Assembly: GCF_009914755.1 (NCBI RefSeq)
Contig: NC_060943.1
Length of the DNA: 64,000 nucleotides
Direction: 5' to 3' (one strand)
Source: the human T2T-CHM13v2.0 reference genome, Homo sapiens
Each line of letters opens with the position of its first letter. Within the stretch, counting starts at the first letter, position 1. Positions 1 to 15,599 of this stretch are shown one piece after another. Below the pieces are notes generated by a model. The model saw nothing but the letters and a program-made list of their open reading frames with translations. It had not been told where the DNA came from and did not search any database. Position numbers and translations under genes: made by a program.

Positions 1-197
1 AGTATCTGTTTGTCCTGCAATTCTGATAATGTCTCATCAAGGGTATCCTCAACAAAGATGAATTTCTGGACATGAGATATACTTTTTTCCTTTACAGGAG
101 CTGCCTCATTCTAAGAAGTCAGCATCTATGAATTCAAACAAAAATGTGTTTTAAAGTAGAAATAATAAAGAGCAAGTCCGCGTAAATAAAAAGACTT

Positions 198-1212
<1,015 letters not shown>

Positions 1213-1395
1213 TTTTTTTTTTTTTGAGACAGAGTCTTGCTCTGTTGTCCAGGCTGGAGTGCAGTGGCACTGTCATGGCTGACTGCAGCCCCAACCTCCC
1301 AAGCTCAAGCAATCCTCCCACCTCAGCCTCCTGAGTAGTTGGGACTACATGTGTGTCCAGCTAATTAGTCCACCATGCCCAGCTAATTTTTTATT
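1213..1395 (-). mobile_element. Alu fragment (AluJ-type right arm)
   Basis: T-tract then gagacagagtcttgctctgttgtccaggctggagtgcag. Confidence 0.85.
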
Positions 1396-1524
1396 TCTAA
1401 AAACAAATAAATTTTTATTTGAGACCAGCCTGTATAACACAGTGAGTTCTTGTCTCTATAAGAAATAAAAGGTATACATTTGCATAATAATAGCTACCTT
1501 TTGTCAAGTATCTATTAATACGTA

Positions 1525-2120
<596 letters not shown>

Positions 2121-2449
2121 TTACATGCCAGCACTTTGTCAGGGACTTCAAATGCACTACCTCACTCAATCCTCAAAACCCATCTGCAAGGTAGATATTT
2201 TCAATTTGTCATAATGGAAAAACTGAGACTTACAGAAGTTGGGTATCTTGCCCAAAGTCACACAAAATAGGGTAGAATTGACATAAAAAGCTAGTACTAA
2301 TTTCAAGTGTATACAAACACTCGTGTACGCACACACATGCACACACATAGCATTTATGACACGATTTTGACAACTCATGAATTTTGGTTGTACAGGTTAT
2401 CATATTGCTATTCTTTCGAGTTTTCTATATACTTGAAATTCTTCGACAT

Positions 2450-3570
2450 AAGATATTGGGAAATATAATACCTCAATGTAAAATACAGCACCCAAATGTC
2501 TGTACAGCTGAGGCCTCCTTATGTTCCAGCCCCACCAGCCTCTCCCGTCGATGTCCGTGTTGCTCTCCACCCAAGCATCTTGCTGTTGCCTCACTCACAC
2601 CTCCCCAGACACCTACTTTCAAGTGGAGCATAAAACGGACCCTCCAAATACTCAAACTTGGACCCCTGAAACCTCAGATCACTAACCGCCAATCCCTGTC
2701 CTCGCCGACCACATCCTGACGGCCCCCTCCATCGGTGGCTCTCCCAGGCCTCTCTCTCTGTGGCAGGGAGCACGATGAGGAGAGGATATTTCACGAGAAA
2801 CGAGAGAATGGTCTCTAGTTTCTTCCTCAATCCACAGCTCTAAACACTGATGCCGGCCCTAAAAGCCCTCAACAACCCCGAAGCGGCCTTAAACGGCAAC
2901 CCCAGATGGTACTCATCAGAAACCAATCCCAAGTCACGGAATTCCCACAGCGCTGCGGGATTCCTAAGGGCTTTAGGCAGAGTCAAATGTAATCTCACAC
3001 AGGAGTCCCGTGAATTTACTCCCTGGAAGGCAAAGCTTCCATACGTCATTTCCTCTTCTGCTCACTGGGCTGGATGGCCAGGCTTTCCAGCTATTATACA
3101 AACTCAGTAGCACTTTGGAAGGCCAGGATCCATCTACAGACGCGGATCCCGGTCCCACCAGGAATGATCGCTCAGCAATATGGTCGCGCCCAAGCCCTGA
3201 CATGCTGTTGGAAGCCACCATCTTGGAAGACGCAGTACAGACTGCGAGACAGCCATTCTAGGCGACCGGATTCCGCTGACCAGGCCGAAAAGGAGTAAAT
3301 CTAACTGATCCTTTCTAATCTTCTAAAGACCTCTCATCCTGTACTTCCACCTTCTTTCCTGTCAGCGTAGGGCATGCTTAGTAGGATTTCGGCACTTTCA
3401 ACTAGTCTTCCGACCTGACCAATCAGAACACACCGAAACAGAAAATGGCTGCGCCCACGCTGCCTCGTTCTTCTAAACCACACGAAAGGTGAGGCCGTAT
3501 TGAAAAGCCTGGGTCCCTAGGGGAAAGAAGGGAGGGAGAATTAGGAAGCTTGTACAGCTAAGACGCGGAA
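2450..3570. promoter_or_regulatory. CpG-rich orphan KZFP-type promoter module, possibly bidirectional
   Basis: CpG-retaining. Contains YY1-like gccaccatcttgg (~3215), CCAAT (gaccaatcag ~3418) and aaaatggctgcgccc (~3443, near-identical to the ZNF577 start motif), followed by a + strand donor aag/gtgagg at 3489. Confidence 0.6.
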
Positions 3571-4519
3571 GACGCTGGGAATATACCCAAAGGAAATGAA
3601 ATCACTATGTGGAAGAGGTATCTGTACTCCCACATTTACTGAAGCATTATTCACAATACCCAAGATATGGAATCTTTCTCCATACGACTGAGAAAGATGG
3701 AGATTAGGAGACCTAGAACTGGATCTGGACGAACAGAGGTGGTATGGGAAGAGCTCTCTGGATGTGTGGTTTGTGGGGAGAGATGGTGAGGGCTTAAGAA
3801 CTAATGTAAAGATGCCTGTGGAGCAGACACGGGCAACCACAATCCAGGCCACAAGAAAAGCATTTGTAGCTCACAGGGATCCTGTGTATCTTGAAGAGCA
3901 CAACCCACCCAGACATTTGTCAATACTGTGATGCAGGAGTCAACTTCCTTTTTTCCCTGGCTAGATAATTATCCCAACAACATTATTTAAAGTTGATCTC
4001 TTCCCCAATTTGCTAATATTTTGTAAGGAGTTGTACATCTAAGTTCATGGGATATTTGGTCTGTAATTATCTTTTATTTTAATAATGCCTCTGTCTAGTT
4101 TTGGTGTCAAGATTATATTGCCTTTAGATAATGAGCTGGAAAAAAATCATCTTTTTGATGTATGTAGTTCTAAACCATTTTTTTGTTTTAATATTCCATT
4201 GTATGAATCTGTTTTCTGCACTGACACATTCAACACAATTGCCAAGCTGTTACCCCCTTTTAAAATATGTGCACATTTTCTGTCTCTTTTATTATATAAA
4301 AACTTGAACTATTTCCACAGTTTGGGGAAGGAAACTATACACAGGTCTTTCTGTGTCATTACCTACTCTTCTCCAATGGAGAAAGGGTAAGTTTAACAAA
4401 ATAGGTTGCGCATACAAAACAGGTTGTGCATGGATGGTTTATAACACTTCCTTTTTCTATGTTCTTTGTGTTTGGGTTAACCTGTCTGCAGGATGAAGAT
4501 TTGCTCTTCAGAATACATT

Positions 4520-4840
4520 TGCTATGTTCTGAATGTGTCCCCTAAAATTCATGTGTTGAGACCTTAATTCCCAGTGCAATGGTGTTGGGAAGTGAGGCTT
4601 AATGGAAGGCGTTTCGTTCATGAGAATTCTACTTTCATACCACTTGTAAAAGGACTTACAGGAGTAGGTTCACCCCCTTCTGCCTTTTGCCATGTGAGGA
4701 CACAGCAAGAAATCTTCACCAGATGTCAGCACCTTGATCTTAGACTCCCTGCCCACTACAGAACTGTGAGCAACTACATTTCTGTTCTTCATAAATTATC
4801 CAGTCTCAAGCATTTTGTTATAGCAGTACAAATAAAGACA
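4520..4840 (+). mobile_element. MaLR LTR (MST-type)
   Basis: tgctatgttctgaatgtgtcccctaaaattcatgtgttgag ... cattttgttatagcag. Confidence 0.75.
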
Positions 4841-5304
4841 ACGCTGTTAAGGAAACGATACTGGAACCCTCATACACTGTTAGTAACATTCAAAAATGGT
4901 ACCACTTCTTCGAAAAAGTTTGGCCACTTTTTATGTTAAACAAGCAATCTAACTATTAAGCATTTACCCAAAAGAAATGAGAAGTTATTCAAAATAGTGA
5001 AAAACCCAGATGCCTATCAACTGGTGCAGATAAACCTATTCCAGTTTACTTATACAATGGAATACTATTCGTCAACAAAAGAACAAACTACTGACATATA
5101 CAGCAACATGAATGAAGTTCCATTTTATTATGCTAAGTGTAAAAAGGTAGACTCAAAATGTTATGTGCTGTATCATTCTTTTAATAACACTATGGAAAAG
5201 ACAAAATTAGACAGAGAACTGATTTGTTCTCTGTTCTGGGGATGGGGAGAGAAGGGTTGACTAAAATGGACAGAAGGAGGGATTTTTGGGCGGTGGTGGA
5301 ACTT

Positions 5305-5990
5305 ATGAAGTAAAGCACTAATCTTCTCCAAAGAGAGGTTTGGCCCTTGCTCTCAACTCCTGGGAGATGACCTCTAAGCCTCTGAAATTTCCTGCTTGGG
5401 AAGAGTATCTTTGTTTACCTGGTTGCCTTGGGCCATGCCAGATATGCTAACAATATGTTTTATGATGGGGGCCCTTAGGCCATGCGGTATGAACTCCACC
5501 TGTGCAGACTATGGTCACCCATGTGGATAGTCAATCACGTCTATGTGATTGAACCCAAGTAAAATATCTGGACACCAAGGTTTGGGCAAACTTCCCTTAT
5601 TGGCATTATTCTGCATATTGTCGCAAATTGTTTCTGAAAGAAATAGGTGCTGCCTGCATGATTTCTCTGAAAGAAGACAACTGGGAGCTCTGTGCTTGGT
5701 GTCCACTGGACCCTACCCTATGCAGTTCATCCCTCTACTGACTTTGTTCTGTAGCCTCCTGCTGTAATATACTGTACCTGTGGGTATAATGCCTTTTCTG
5801 AGTCTTGTGAGTAAATTATTAAACCTGAGGGTAGTGTTTAAACTTTGAAGTTGGTGTCAGAAATGAGAGTAATCATGGGTATCCCCAAATTTACAGTTGG
5901 TATTATTATAAAAAGTGATATTGGGGAACACTGAACTTGCAGCTGGTGTCAGAAGTGAAGATGGTCTTGGGGACTCCCAAATTACAAAAC
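5305..5990 (+). mobile_element. MER21-type LTR within old L1 sequence
   Basis: cccttgctctcaactcctgggagatgacctctaagcc..., repeated ttggtgtcagaagtga motifs. Confidence 0.55.
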
Positions 5991-6699
5991 TGTTTTGCAC
6001 CATAATCATGGTGGTAACATGATTCTATTTGTCAAAAGTCATAGAACTGTAGACCAAATCAGTGAGCATTACCATATGTAAACTAGTAAACAAATAAAAA
6101 ATTTAAAGATACAAAACATTGTGTATAGTACGGTGTAGTTAGTAAGTTGAAGGTGATTTTTACTTTTGTTTAGGATAAGCATATAATTTTGTGATAAAAA
6201 TAAGAGATCACCATTTAAAATTATGGAAAGTTCTCAAATCTATACTCAAATTCATATAAGATTTAGGATATACATTTAGAAGAAAGTTAAATCAGAAATG
6301 GCATAATTACAATCTTTATAAGGTATCAGAAATGAGGATAAATATTTGAAAAATAGCTACCATTGGTCAAATACCAATTATAAGCCAGTCATTTTGCCAG
6401 GCATTTCAGATACCCCATCTTATTACTTCTTCAAAACAAACTTGACAAGTAGATATCATTTTTCTTTTCCTAATGGAAAAGCTGAAACTTGTAAGAGTCT
6501 GTGTACCTTGCCAAAGTTCACACAGCCAATGAGTAGCAGAAATAGATTAAAAATTAATCTTACTTTCAAATAGCTCAGTAGGAAAAAAAGTACAGATACA
6601 CACATACAAATATACATTAAGTATTTATAAAACAGTGTAAATAATTGTTGAATATGTAAGTGGTGGGTTACTATTCTTTCAACTTTCCCATACGTTGAA

Positions 6700-7690
6700 A
6701 ATTCATATTGCACCCAAACTTCTCTCCTGAGTCCTAACTACTAAGCTCATCAGCCATCTCCTAGCACTGACACCCATAATGCCCCCATATCCCCACACCT
6801 CACATTTGCTCCTGTTCACAACTCCCCAGACACCTTATTTCACACAGACCCTAACACAGACTCTTCAACTCCTCAAACCCAAAATACAGACAGAAGCCCC
6901 AGATGACCAAGCCAGCAGCCTATGCTCTCAAAGACCATTCCCTGAAAGCTAGTGGGTCTCCCAATGCCAAGATCTGGAGCCGCCCTGTCACTGCCCCAGG
7001 AAACAACCCTTACGTCTGTCATTCCTTTTCCACCCACAAGGTATTCTTGTAAACACAATGATGTCTTTAGGACATTCGCCCCAGACACTTTAGAAGCTGC
7101 CTTTAACCAACCCCAATGAATACCCTCACGCATCACCTGCCACATCCCCAAGTCACGAATCCCTACAGTGGCGCATTCCAGCAGTTCACAGAAACTGAAA
7201 CTTTGCCTTAACTTCTACAGTGACCTGCTGCCATGAAAGTATAAGGCTTCCTACACTGCACATCCGCTTCCACCCACTGGCCTGGCTGTCCTGCCTCTAG
7301 GGCTATTGCGCAGACTCAGTAGAAACTGGAACGACCAGGAGTCCCAGATTCTGATGTCTAAAGCCTTTAGCTTCCTGCTCTTTGGAAAGCTCATTTCAAT
7401 CAAGTCTGCAGGAGGTAGCCATCTTGAAAGAAGTGCCACCAGACAGCGTGCTGGCCATTCTTTTGGGCTAATGGGCTGCCTCTGAGAGGAAAGAAACAAT
7501 TGCAACCCACCTTTTCTGTCCTTTTCCAAGACACGTCAGCACGAGCATTTACACCTGTCCAAAAGTTGCAAGGAGTGTGGCTCATGCTCAATAGCATTTC
7601 CGTGATCCCACCTATCTGTCATGAACCTCCAGACAGCGAAAACCAATCACCAGGTCAAACCTAAACTGAAGATGTCTTTTTGCCCTGTTG
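6700..7690. promoter_or_regulatory. Degenerate, CpG-depleted paralog of the 2.5-3.5 kb promoter module
   Basis: Colinear similarity: cccaagtcacg-aat-ccc-acag, ccactgg-ctgg, gctatt...actcagtag, gccatcttg-aaga, gccattct, accaatca. Confidence 0.6.
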
Positions 7691-8124
7691 AAATCTTGTC
7701 CATTTTGGAGGAATTTTGAGGTTTATAGAGCAAAGAATACATTCCCTCACCGAGGAAGAAGGGAACAGACAGGGCAGATTCTAGGTCTACCTCTAACAGA
7801 GGTAAGCTAGAGAAGTGAAACTGGCTGAGGGAAAGTGCTCCTGGCTTTCTCTGTGTAGAGATCTTGCCCATAGAAGGTGATAGGTGGGATGTTTATGAGG
7901 AATGGATAAATAGGACTTCTGGAATGCTCCATTGCTTGATCTGAGTGGTATTACACAGTTGTCCACATATAGGTGTTCCCATCACATGTTAAAATGTCAT
8001 GTGTGTGTAATTGTGTTTAATATACTTTTGTAATGATATGAATGTTTTAATAATTGTATATGCCCTGTCTTTACATGGCTAGCTGTCAGGTAGGGTGAAT
8101 GGCTCTTTAAAAGACAGTTTTCTT

Positions 8125-8437
8125 TTCTTTTTTTTTTTCTTTGAGACAGGGTTTCACTCCCATTGCCCAGGCTGGAGTGCAGTGGCACAATCTTGGCTCA
8201 CTGCAACCTCCGCCTCTGCCTTCGGGCTCAAGCAATTCTCCCGCCTCAGCCTCCAGAGTAGCAGGGATGACAGGCACAGGCCGCCCCACCCAGCTAATTT
8301 TTGTATTTTCTGTAAAGACAAGGTTTCACCATGTTGCCCAGACTGGTCTCGAACTCCTGAGCTCAAATGATCTGCCTGTTTTGGCTTCCCAAAGTGCTGG
8401 GATTACAGGCATGAGCCAGGTGATGGGCCCTGACCCC
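8125..8437 (-). mobile_element. Alu
   Basis: Reverse Alu with TSD aaagacagttttctt on both sides. Confidence 0.95.
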
Positions 8438-9526
8438 AAAGACAGTTTTCTTACTTCCTACTCCTTACTCCCTTTCTCTAACTCAACACCACTGGGTCTT
8501 CAGTGGTCAGCTCAGCAATTACAGATACTTCTTAGAACCCACTATCTCAAACTTCCCAATAGGGACAACAAGTTTTGGCCAGCCTCAAGTAAAAAGTGAG
8601 CCAGGAGCCAGTAATCTCATGCAAAAAGGGCACTACCCTAAGATTTAACATTTTTTCTCTTTCTCTTTTACCTGCTGGATCTTGGGTGAACTGCGTTGTA
8701 TTGGTCTTTTTACAGATGCATTAGAGGATTTTGGTCAATTGGACCAATCTAGAGGATAACGGCTGTTCAGCTTCAAGAACAGGTAACTGTACGGGAGTCT
8801 ATGTAGTAGAGCCTGGTTCTGAACCTGGCCATATGATCTTTAAAGATAATGAAGGCTCTGTTGCTACCTTCTATAGTATCCCCAGATTTGTGAGCTTCTT
8901 GGCTTCCTTGAAACTTTCATTGAAAATAAGTTTCTCTTTTTCAGCTTGCTAGTCTTCAGTGTGTAAGCCCCCTTCTTTCTTAAATACCACACCCCTAAAG
9001 GATTGACATCGTGAAGGTGTTGTGCTTTGTAGGACAATACATTATTATAAGCTCCAAGTTGAGGTATTTGGGAGTGAAGGGTTATGATGTCTGCTATTTA
9101 CCTTCAAATAGTTCAGTCGAAAGAAGCAAACTGGATAGAAGAGCGAGATAGATTATAGGTAGAAGATAAAGCAAATATGGCAAAAATTAACATTTATTGA
9201 ATCTATGTGATGTATGTAAGGGTCTCTGCTATACTATTCTTTAAGTTTTTCTATATGTCTGAAAATTTTTATAATAAAAACCTTGAGAAAAACTACCAGT
9301 GACTGATTCTGGATTGTATGTAATTGATTCTTTGGTTGCTTGTTTTCTGTGTAGCAGAAAATCCACGAATAAAGTAGAGGTTCTGTCTATCATATATCAT
9401 TGGCATAAATATCCTCAGTGCTCATCTGATAATAACCATTCTGCACCCATCTGGGAAGGACCAGGTTTCTGTTTAGTTTACCAGGATGAAAGCCTGTGGA
9501 GAAGGTAATGAATTGATGCTATTTGG

Positions 9527-9827
9527 ATTTTTTTTTTTTGAGACAGGATCTCACTCTTGTCACTGCAGATGGGGTGCAGTGCCACGATCATGGCTCACTG
9601 CAGCCTTGACCTCCTGAGCTCAGGCAATCCTCCTGCCTCTGCCTCCTGAGTAGCTGGGACTACAGGAATGCACCACCATGCCCAGCTAAATTTTTTTTTT
9701 TTTTTTTTTTAGAGATGGGGTCTCGCTATGTTGCCCATGCTTCTCCTGAACTCCTGGACTCAAGCAATCCTCCAATCTCAGCTTCCCAAAGTACTGGGTT
9801 TACAAGTGAGAGCCACTGTGCCCAGCC
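9527..9827 (-). mobile_element. Alu (AluJ-type)
   Basis: Diverged reverse dimeric Alu. Confidence 0.9.
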
Positions 9828-9829
9828 TA

Positions 9830-10560
9830 TTTGGAATTTATTGACCTTCTCAGATGGACGGAATAATTTTCATCAAATTTGGGAAGCTTTGGCCATTATT
9901 TCTTCAAATATTCTATCTGTTGCTTATCCCCTCTATTTACTTTCTGAGACTTTCATTACATATGTGTTGGTGTGCTGGAAAGTATACCATATGTTTCTAA
10001 GAGTCTGTTCACTTTATGTTTTTCACTTTTTTTCTGTTTCACTTCTTCATGTTCCTCAGACTGGATAATTTCCATTGACCTAGCTTCATATTTGCTTATT
10101 CTGTCTTCTGCCACCTCAAATCTGCTGCTGAGACCTGTTCTCTTTGTTGCTACTTCATAGTTCTTTATACATGGTTTACTTCAGTTCCTTGAACATAGTT
10201 AACATAGCTGACTTTTAATCTTTGCATATTAAGTCTGACATATGAGCCTCCTCAGGGGTAGTTTCAGTTGACAACCTCATTTCCTGAATATGGACTATAC
10301 TTTTCTGATTGTGTGTCACAAATTTTTGTTGAATATAGAAATTTTAGATCATATAAAGTTGTTACTTTGGAAATCAGATTCCCTCTCTCCCCAGGGTTTA
10401 TTGTTGCGATTGTTGTTGCAGTTTGTTCAGTGGCATTCCTGGAGTAATTTATGTATTCCCTGCAGTGTGCAGTCACTTGAAGTCTTTTCTTAGTTAGCTA
10501 ATGATTAATCAAGATTTCCTTCATTTCTCTGAGCAAGTTTTCCACTCTTTGCTGAGGGTG

Positions 10561-10607
<47 letters not shown>

Positions 10608-11350
10608 TACTTCAATGCTCAAGCAGTTTGTAAGTCTACTTTAGCCTTCTCTTCCTTCTTCTCAAGGGCTTCAAGATCAGCTAGAAGTGAACTACTGGTA
10701 CCCTCAGGTATCTCATGGGCATGCACACATCCCTGTGTATGTGTTGGGCCTTCTAGATCCTCAGGAATATGTCAGAGTATTTAAGAGTTCCCTATTAACA
10801 TCTTGTTCTTCAGATGTCCGTTTAACAATTTTTCAGAGCTCTTGTTTGCTCCCTAACGGTACTGCAGGCTTAGGCTACTACAAAGTTAAACAATTGAAGC
10901 TGATCGTTTTTGACCAGTGCCCTAGTATCGCACTTTTCCTTCAAAGTGAGCTTTGAGTCAGGTGAGAGAATGAGTTAGGACAAAGAATGGAACCACATCA
11001 TGGAGCTGTAAGACAAGATATATAATGACATTGCTCTGAGGATGAGGCTTTTTGAGGATTTCCAAGCTTATTTGTCTCCTCTGATACAAGGGTGGTGGTT
11101 GAAGGCTGATGGTCTTCATGGCTACTGTGGTTCTGAGGCTGCTGTTTTCCAACGGTAATGCAGATCTGGGGAAAGGGATATAGAAGTAGGCCAAATTAAA
11201 ATTCCACATACCCCACTATTTTTAATGAGGTTCAAAATTTTTTTCTTGAAAAGAAAATGCTGTTCAAAATATTGTAAGCCTTTGGTTATTTTCCAAAATT
11301 GACTGTGATGATGTTTATGTTGTTTTAATGAAAGGATGGATACGCAGAGG
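9830..11350 (-). mobile_element. Ancient L1M fragment
   Basis: Reverse L1M-like text (tttggccattatttcttcaaatatt..., ctcagactggataatttcc). Confidence 0.55.
10562..10606 (+). repeat. (TG)n microsatellite
   Basis: About 22 perfect TG units. Confidence 0.95.
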
Positions 11351-12239
11351 CCTTGTCTCTGCTATTCTGGACATCATGCCTTATCACATAATTTATTTTT
11401 TGCACAGTAATCTCTGGGATAAAAATTTATTAACTTTACAAGTAAATACCCTAAGTCTTCTAATGATTAAATGGTTTACCATGGGTTATACAGTTGATAC
11501 ACAAAGCCATTACTGTTTATCAATATATAATACTGCACCAATTTAATAATTGTGCTAATGAACTGTTAAAAATTCGAATATGTCCCCAGATTATTTCTAC
11601 CCAACCTCACCTCCATGCTTCCATCAAGTATCTCAAAGAAAAAATACAGAGAACATCAGGATAATGCTAACAGACAGTTTTGTGTTTATTTGGTTGTATG
11701 CCTGCCTTCTGAGTAAAGAGTAAAGCCTCTACATCGCTAAGTCAATGTCATACAAATCCTTTAATTATCCGTATTTTGGGTGTATGTCTGTCATATTCTA
11801 GACATCCACATACCCTTGCTTTCTTAAGTGAATAACCAGATTCTCTGAAGAAGAGACACTGTTGTGAACAGGACCATCAGTAATTTTGGATTTTTTTTCA
11901 CCATTTAAGACGAGAAACTTGGTGCTCGGGGACCTTGAACATCAAGATCGGGGGGCTGAGGGAGGGATAATATACTGCATGAAAGGTGGTAGTATATTGC
12001 AGCCAGAGGCTTGATTGGAAAAGAACAGCATTATGAATGAGCAGGATAGAACTGATAAAGTAAAACGAAATGAAAGTACTTCCTAGAAGCAGCATGATTT
12101 GAATGGCTTTTGCCTCAGGGGAGAATCTGTAGGAGCTGCTGAGGGTGTGAATGCGCCTCACTCTACCATGTAGACACCAGCTCCAACCATGAGTCCATGA
12201 AGACAACATCTGGGAAAGTCAAGAGAAATGTGTATTTTG

Positions 12240-12675
<436 letters not shown>

Positions 12676-13039
12676 TCAGGATTTTTAGAAGAGCATAGAC
12701 CACAATTTCATATCTTGGTAGAATTGGGGATATGCCGAAGGGCCTCTACATGTTTAAGAACAAAGATTTTTATTGTAGGTTGAAGAACCAATACAGAAAG
12801 CAGGAGAAACCGATGTTCTTCAAAGCTCTGTCTTTGAACCTCATCCACCCACCAGCCTTCGGGTGGGTGATTGCCTGAGAACTGCTCAAGTGGCAAGTGA
12901 CTGTAGCTTTCAGGCTGCTCACCAGAAATATACAGATACATATATATCTGTACACATACACACACACACACGCACACACACAAAACTCTAAGAACCTATT
13001 ATCTCATGTGCTGCTTTCAAATCTAAGATTATTATTTTA

Positions 13040-13175
13040 AAATTTTTTGTAGAGATGGAGTCTCGTTACGTTGCCCAGGCTGGTCTCAAACTCCTGGGCT
13101 CAAGGGATCCTCCAAAGGATCCACCTGTAATCCCAAAGTGCTGGGATTACAGGTGCGGGCCATTGTGTCTGGCCT
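13040..13175 (-). mobile_element. Alu monomer (FLAM-like) with internal palindrome
   Basis: gtagagatggagtctcg...cccaaagtgctgggattacagg. Confidence 0.85.
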
Positions 13176-14029
13176 GCTTTTAGTCTTTGAGCTTTACAGG
13201 GCCCTGAAGGCCTATCTTTGAATTCCCTTACTCTCACCAGATATGCTCCCACTGCACAGGAAAGGCTCCCACCCAGCTAACTCCCCAATCAGCTGAACTA
13301 GCTGCACCCAACATGGTCCTCAATCTATATTCAGCCCATGGAATTATACAAAGCAATTGCATTCTTCCACAGAAACCATGGGCACGTTACCCTCTCATTA
13401 TATAAAGCCTACTTCCCACAATCTCCGTGCTTGTTCACTCTATTCCTGAGTGCAATACCTATATGCAATGACCATTTCTCTCAGGCTGTATCTGTGACTA
13501 ATAAACTGCTGTCAATTTCATCTAGCCAGTGTCAGGTGTTGTGTTCAGCCATTCCATACTACTTAGGGTAGGGAGTCCCTCCCTCATGCACCAGGGTGAA
13601 TAGGAGGTTGTCAGAACATATGACACACACAAACACACACAGAAAAATGTTGCAATGGTCAAATCCAGATTAGTGTTTAGTACTCCTTAAACATCTTTAT
13701 GTCTGAAGATTTTCATAATAAAATGGTGAAGAAAAGATTTCTTGACAACTGTCAAACAAAATGGGGAAGGGGCAAAAATCTAGAGAAAAAAATAAGCAAG
13801 ATTTTGCTGGTACATTTTTACAGAATTCCTTGCAAAACAATAGGTTTCACTGATAACCAAAATAAGTCAGTTATTTCACATGGAGGTAAAAAAAAACCTT
13901 GCTTTTTAATAACTAGAATACCCACTAGAAGTTTTATAGAAGATTCAGTCAAGTAAGTCTCATTTTGTTAAAAAAAAGTCCATATTTGAAGTGCCAGAGT
14001 TCATGCAATATTTTTCTTTTTAAATATAT

Positions 14030-14620
14030 TTTTCTTCATGTAAAAATTCAAATATTAACAATTTTAGAGTGTACAATTCAGTGAAGTTTAGCACATTCAC
14101 AATATTATGCAACCACCATCTCTATCTAGTTCAAAAACATTTTCATCATTCTAAAAGAAAACCCCATACATACTACGCAGATAGATTGCATTCTCCCTTC
14201 CCCTCTAGTGCCCAATAACCACTAATTTGCTTTATTTCTCTATAGATTTACCTATTCAGAGTATTTGATATAAATGAAAGTATAAAATGTGGAATTTGCA
14301 TTTGGCTTCTTTCACTCAGTATGTTTTTTGGGGCTCATTCATGCAACATGTCATCAGTACTTCATTCATTTGTATAACTGACCATTTATGTATTCATGTG
14401 TACATGCATGTAGCACATTTTATTTATTCATCCTTTGATAGGCATTTGAGTTTTTTCAACCAAATGCTATTTTGGCTATTGTGAACAGTGCTATAAACAT
14501 TCATGGACAAATATTTGGTTGAGTACCTGTTTTCAATTCTCATGGGTATTTTACTTAGGAATGGAATTCCTGGGTCATATGGTAAGTCTGGATTTAACTT
14601 TTTGAGGAACCACCAAAGGA
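14030..14620 (-). mobile_element. Old L1 (L1MB/MC) 3' fragment
   Basis: gtacaattcagtg...ttatgcaaccaccatc...aggaatggaattcctgggtcatatgg. Confidence 0.75.
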
Positions 14621-15599
14621 ATGGCATATTATCATAACAAATCAAAAGTTTCGGTGTGACACAAACTTGAAATATATAGCCATAAACTCACCTCATATAA
14701 CCTCACACTTTTTTCTTCCATTACTCTAATGTGTTGCTGGTTTTTAAATATTTTAGGTAAATCTTTTATAATCTTTGGATGTTTCAGAGTTATAAGGCTC
14801 TAGAAAAATGTAAACTTCTACTTGTGATGGATCATCACAGTGGGCAAAAATACTACAAATGACAGCAAAAATAAGGAATTCACACTTACGTGGTATAATC
14901 CTTTAGACTCCTTAATAATGAGTCAAATATGTATTACAAGACATTTTGATTCATAAGAAAAAAACATTTTATTTGCACTACATTGAATTATTCAACATTT
15001 TGTCTTATGTTGAGAATTTCTTTAACCCTGAAAATTGTTTCTTCGTGTAATTCCAAGTAAACAATGAAGTTTATAAATATATAAAGTACATGTCACATAG
15101 TACAGTCCACAACACAACCCCTAAGATCCTTTGTCACTATTCGACTAATCCTTATTATATTCTTATTTTTCATATATTCAAAAGGAATATTTGACAATGA
15201 AATGTCTAATATTTATAGAATATTCTCTGGAATCCTTTCTATAATAATTATGCAAAACCATTATAAAATTATATATACAGGCAAGGGTAATTACTCAAAT
15301 CTAAAGTGCCATCACACATTTAAAAAGCCCTGACAATTACTATGACATTCCAGATCATAAGATGCTTCACAATTTAAGACATGGTAGGATGTGAAGAAGT
15401 GAATCCATGAAATAAAAAATAACTTATCACTGATGCTTTTACCACTTTCACTGCATTCATAAAATCTCTGTATGGAGCAAATTCTGCTCCTATATTTAAA
15501 AGCTTGTGATGTTTAATGCTATCTAATCCTCCACAGAAATTATTTCCTGTGACCAGAACCATTGCTTTTAGGTAAATGTATGACTCTGCTGAAGCAGAA

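Noticed and set aside
8095-8599. 152-aa and other Alu-overlapping ORFs across the window
   Set aside because: Typical Alu translations ([15 protein letters not shown]...), with no coding evidence.
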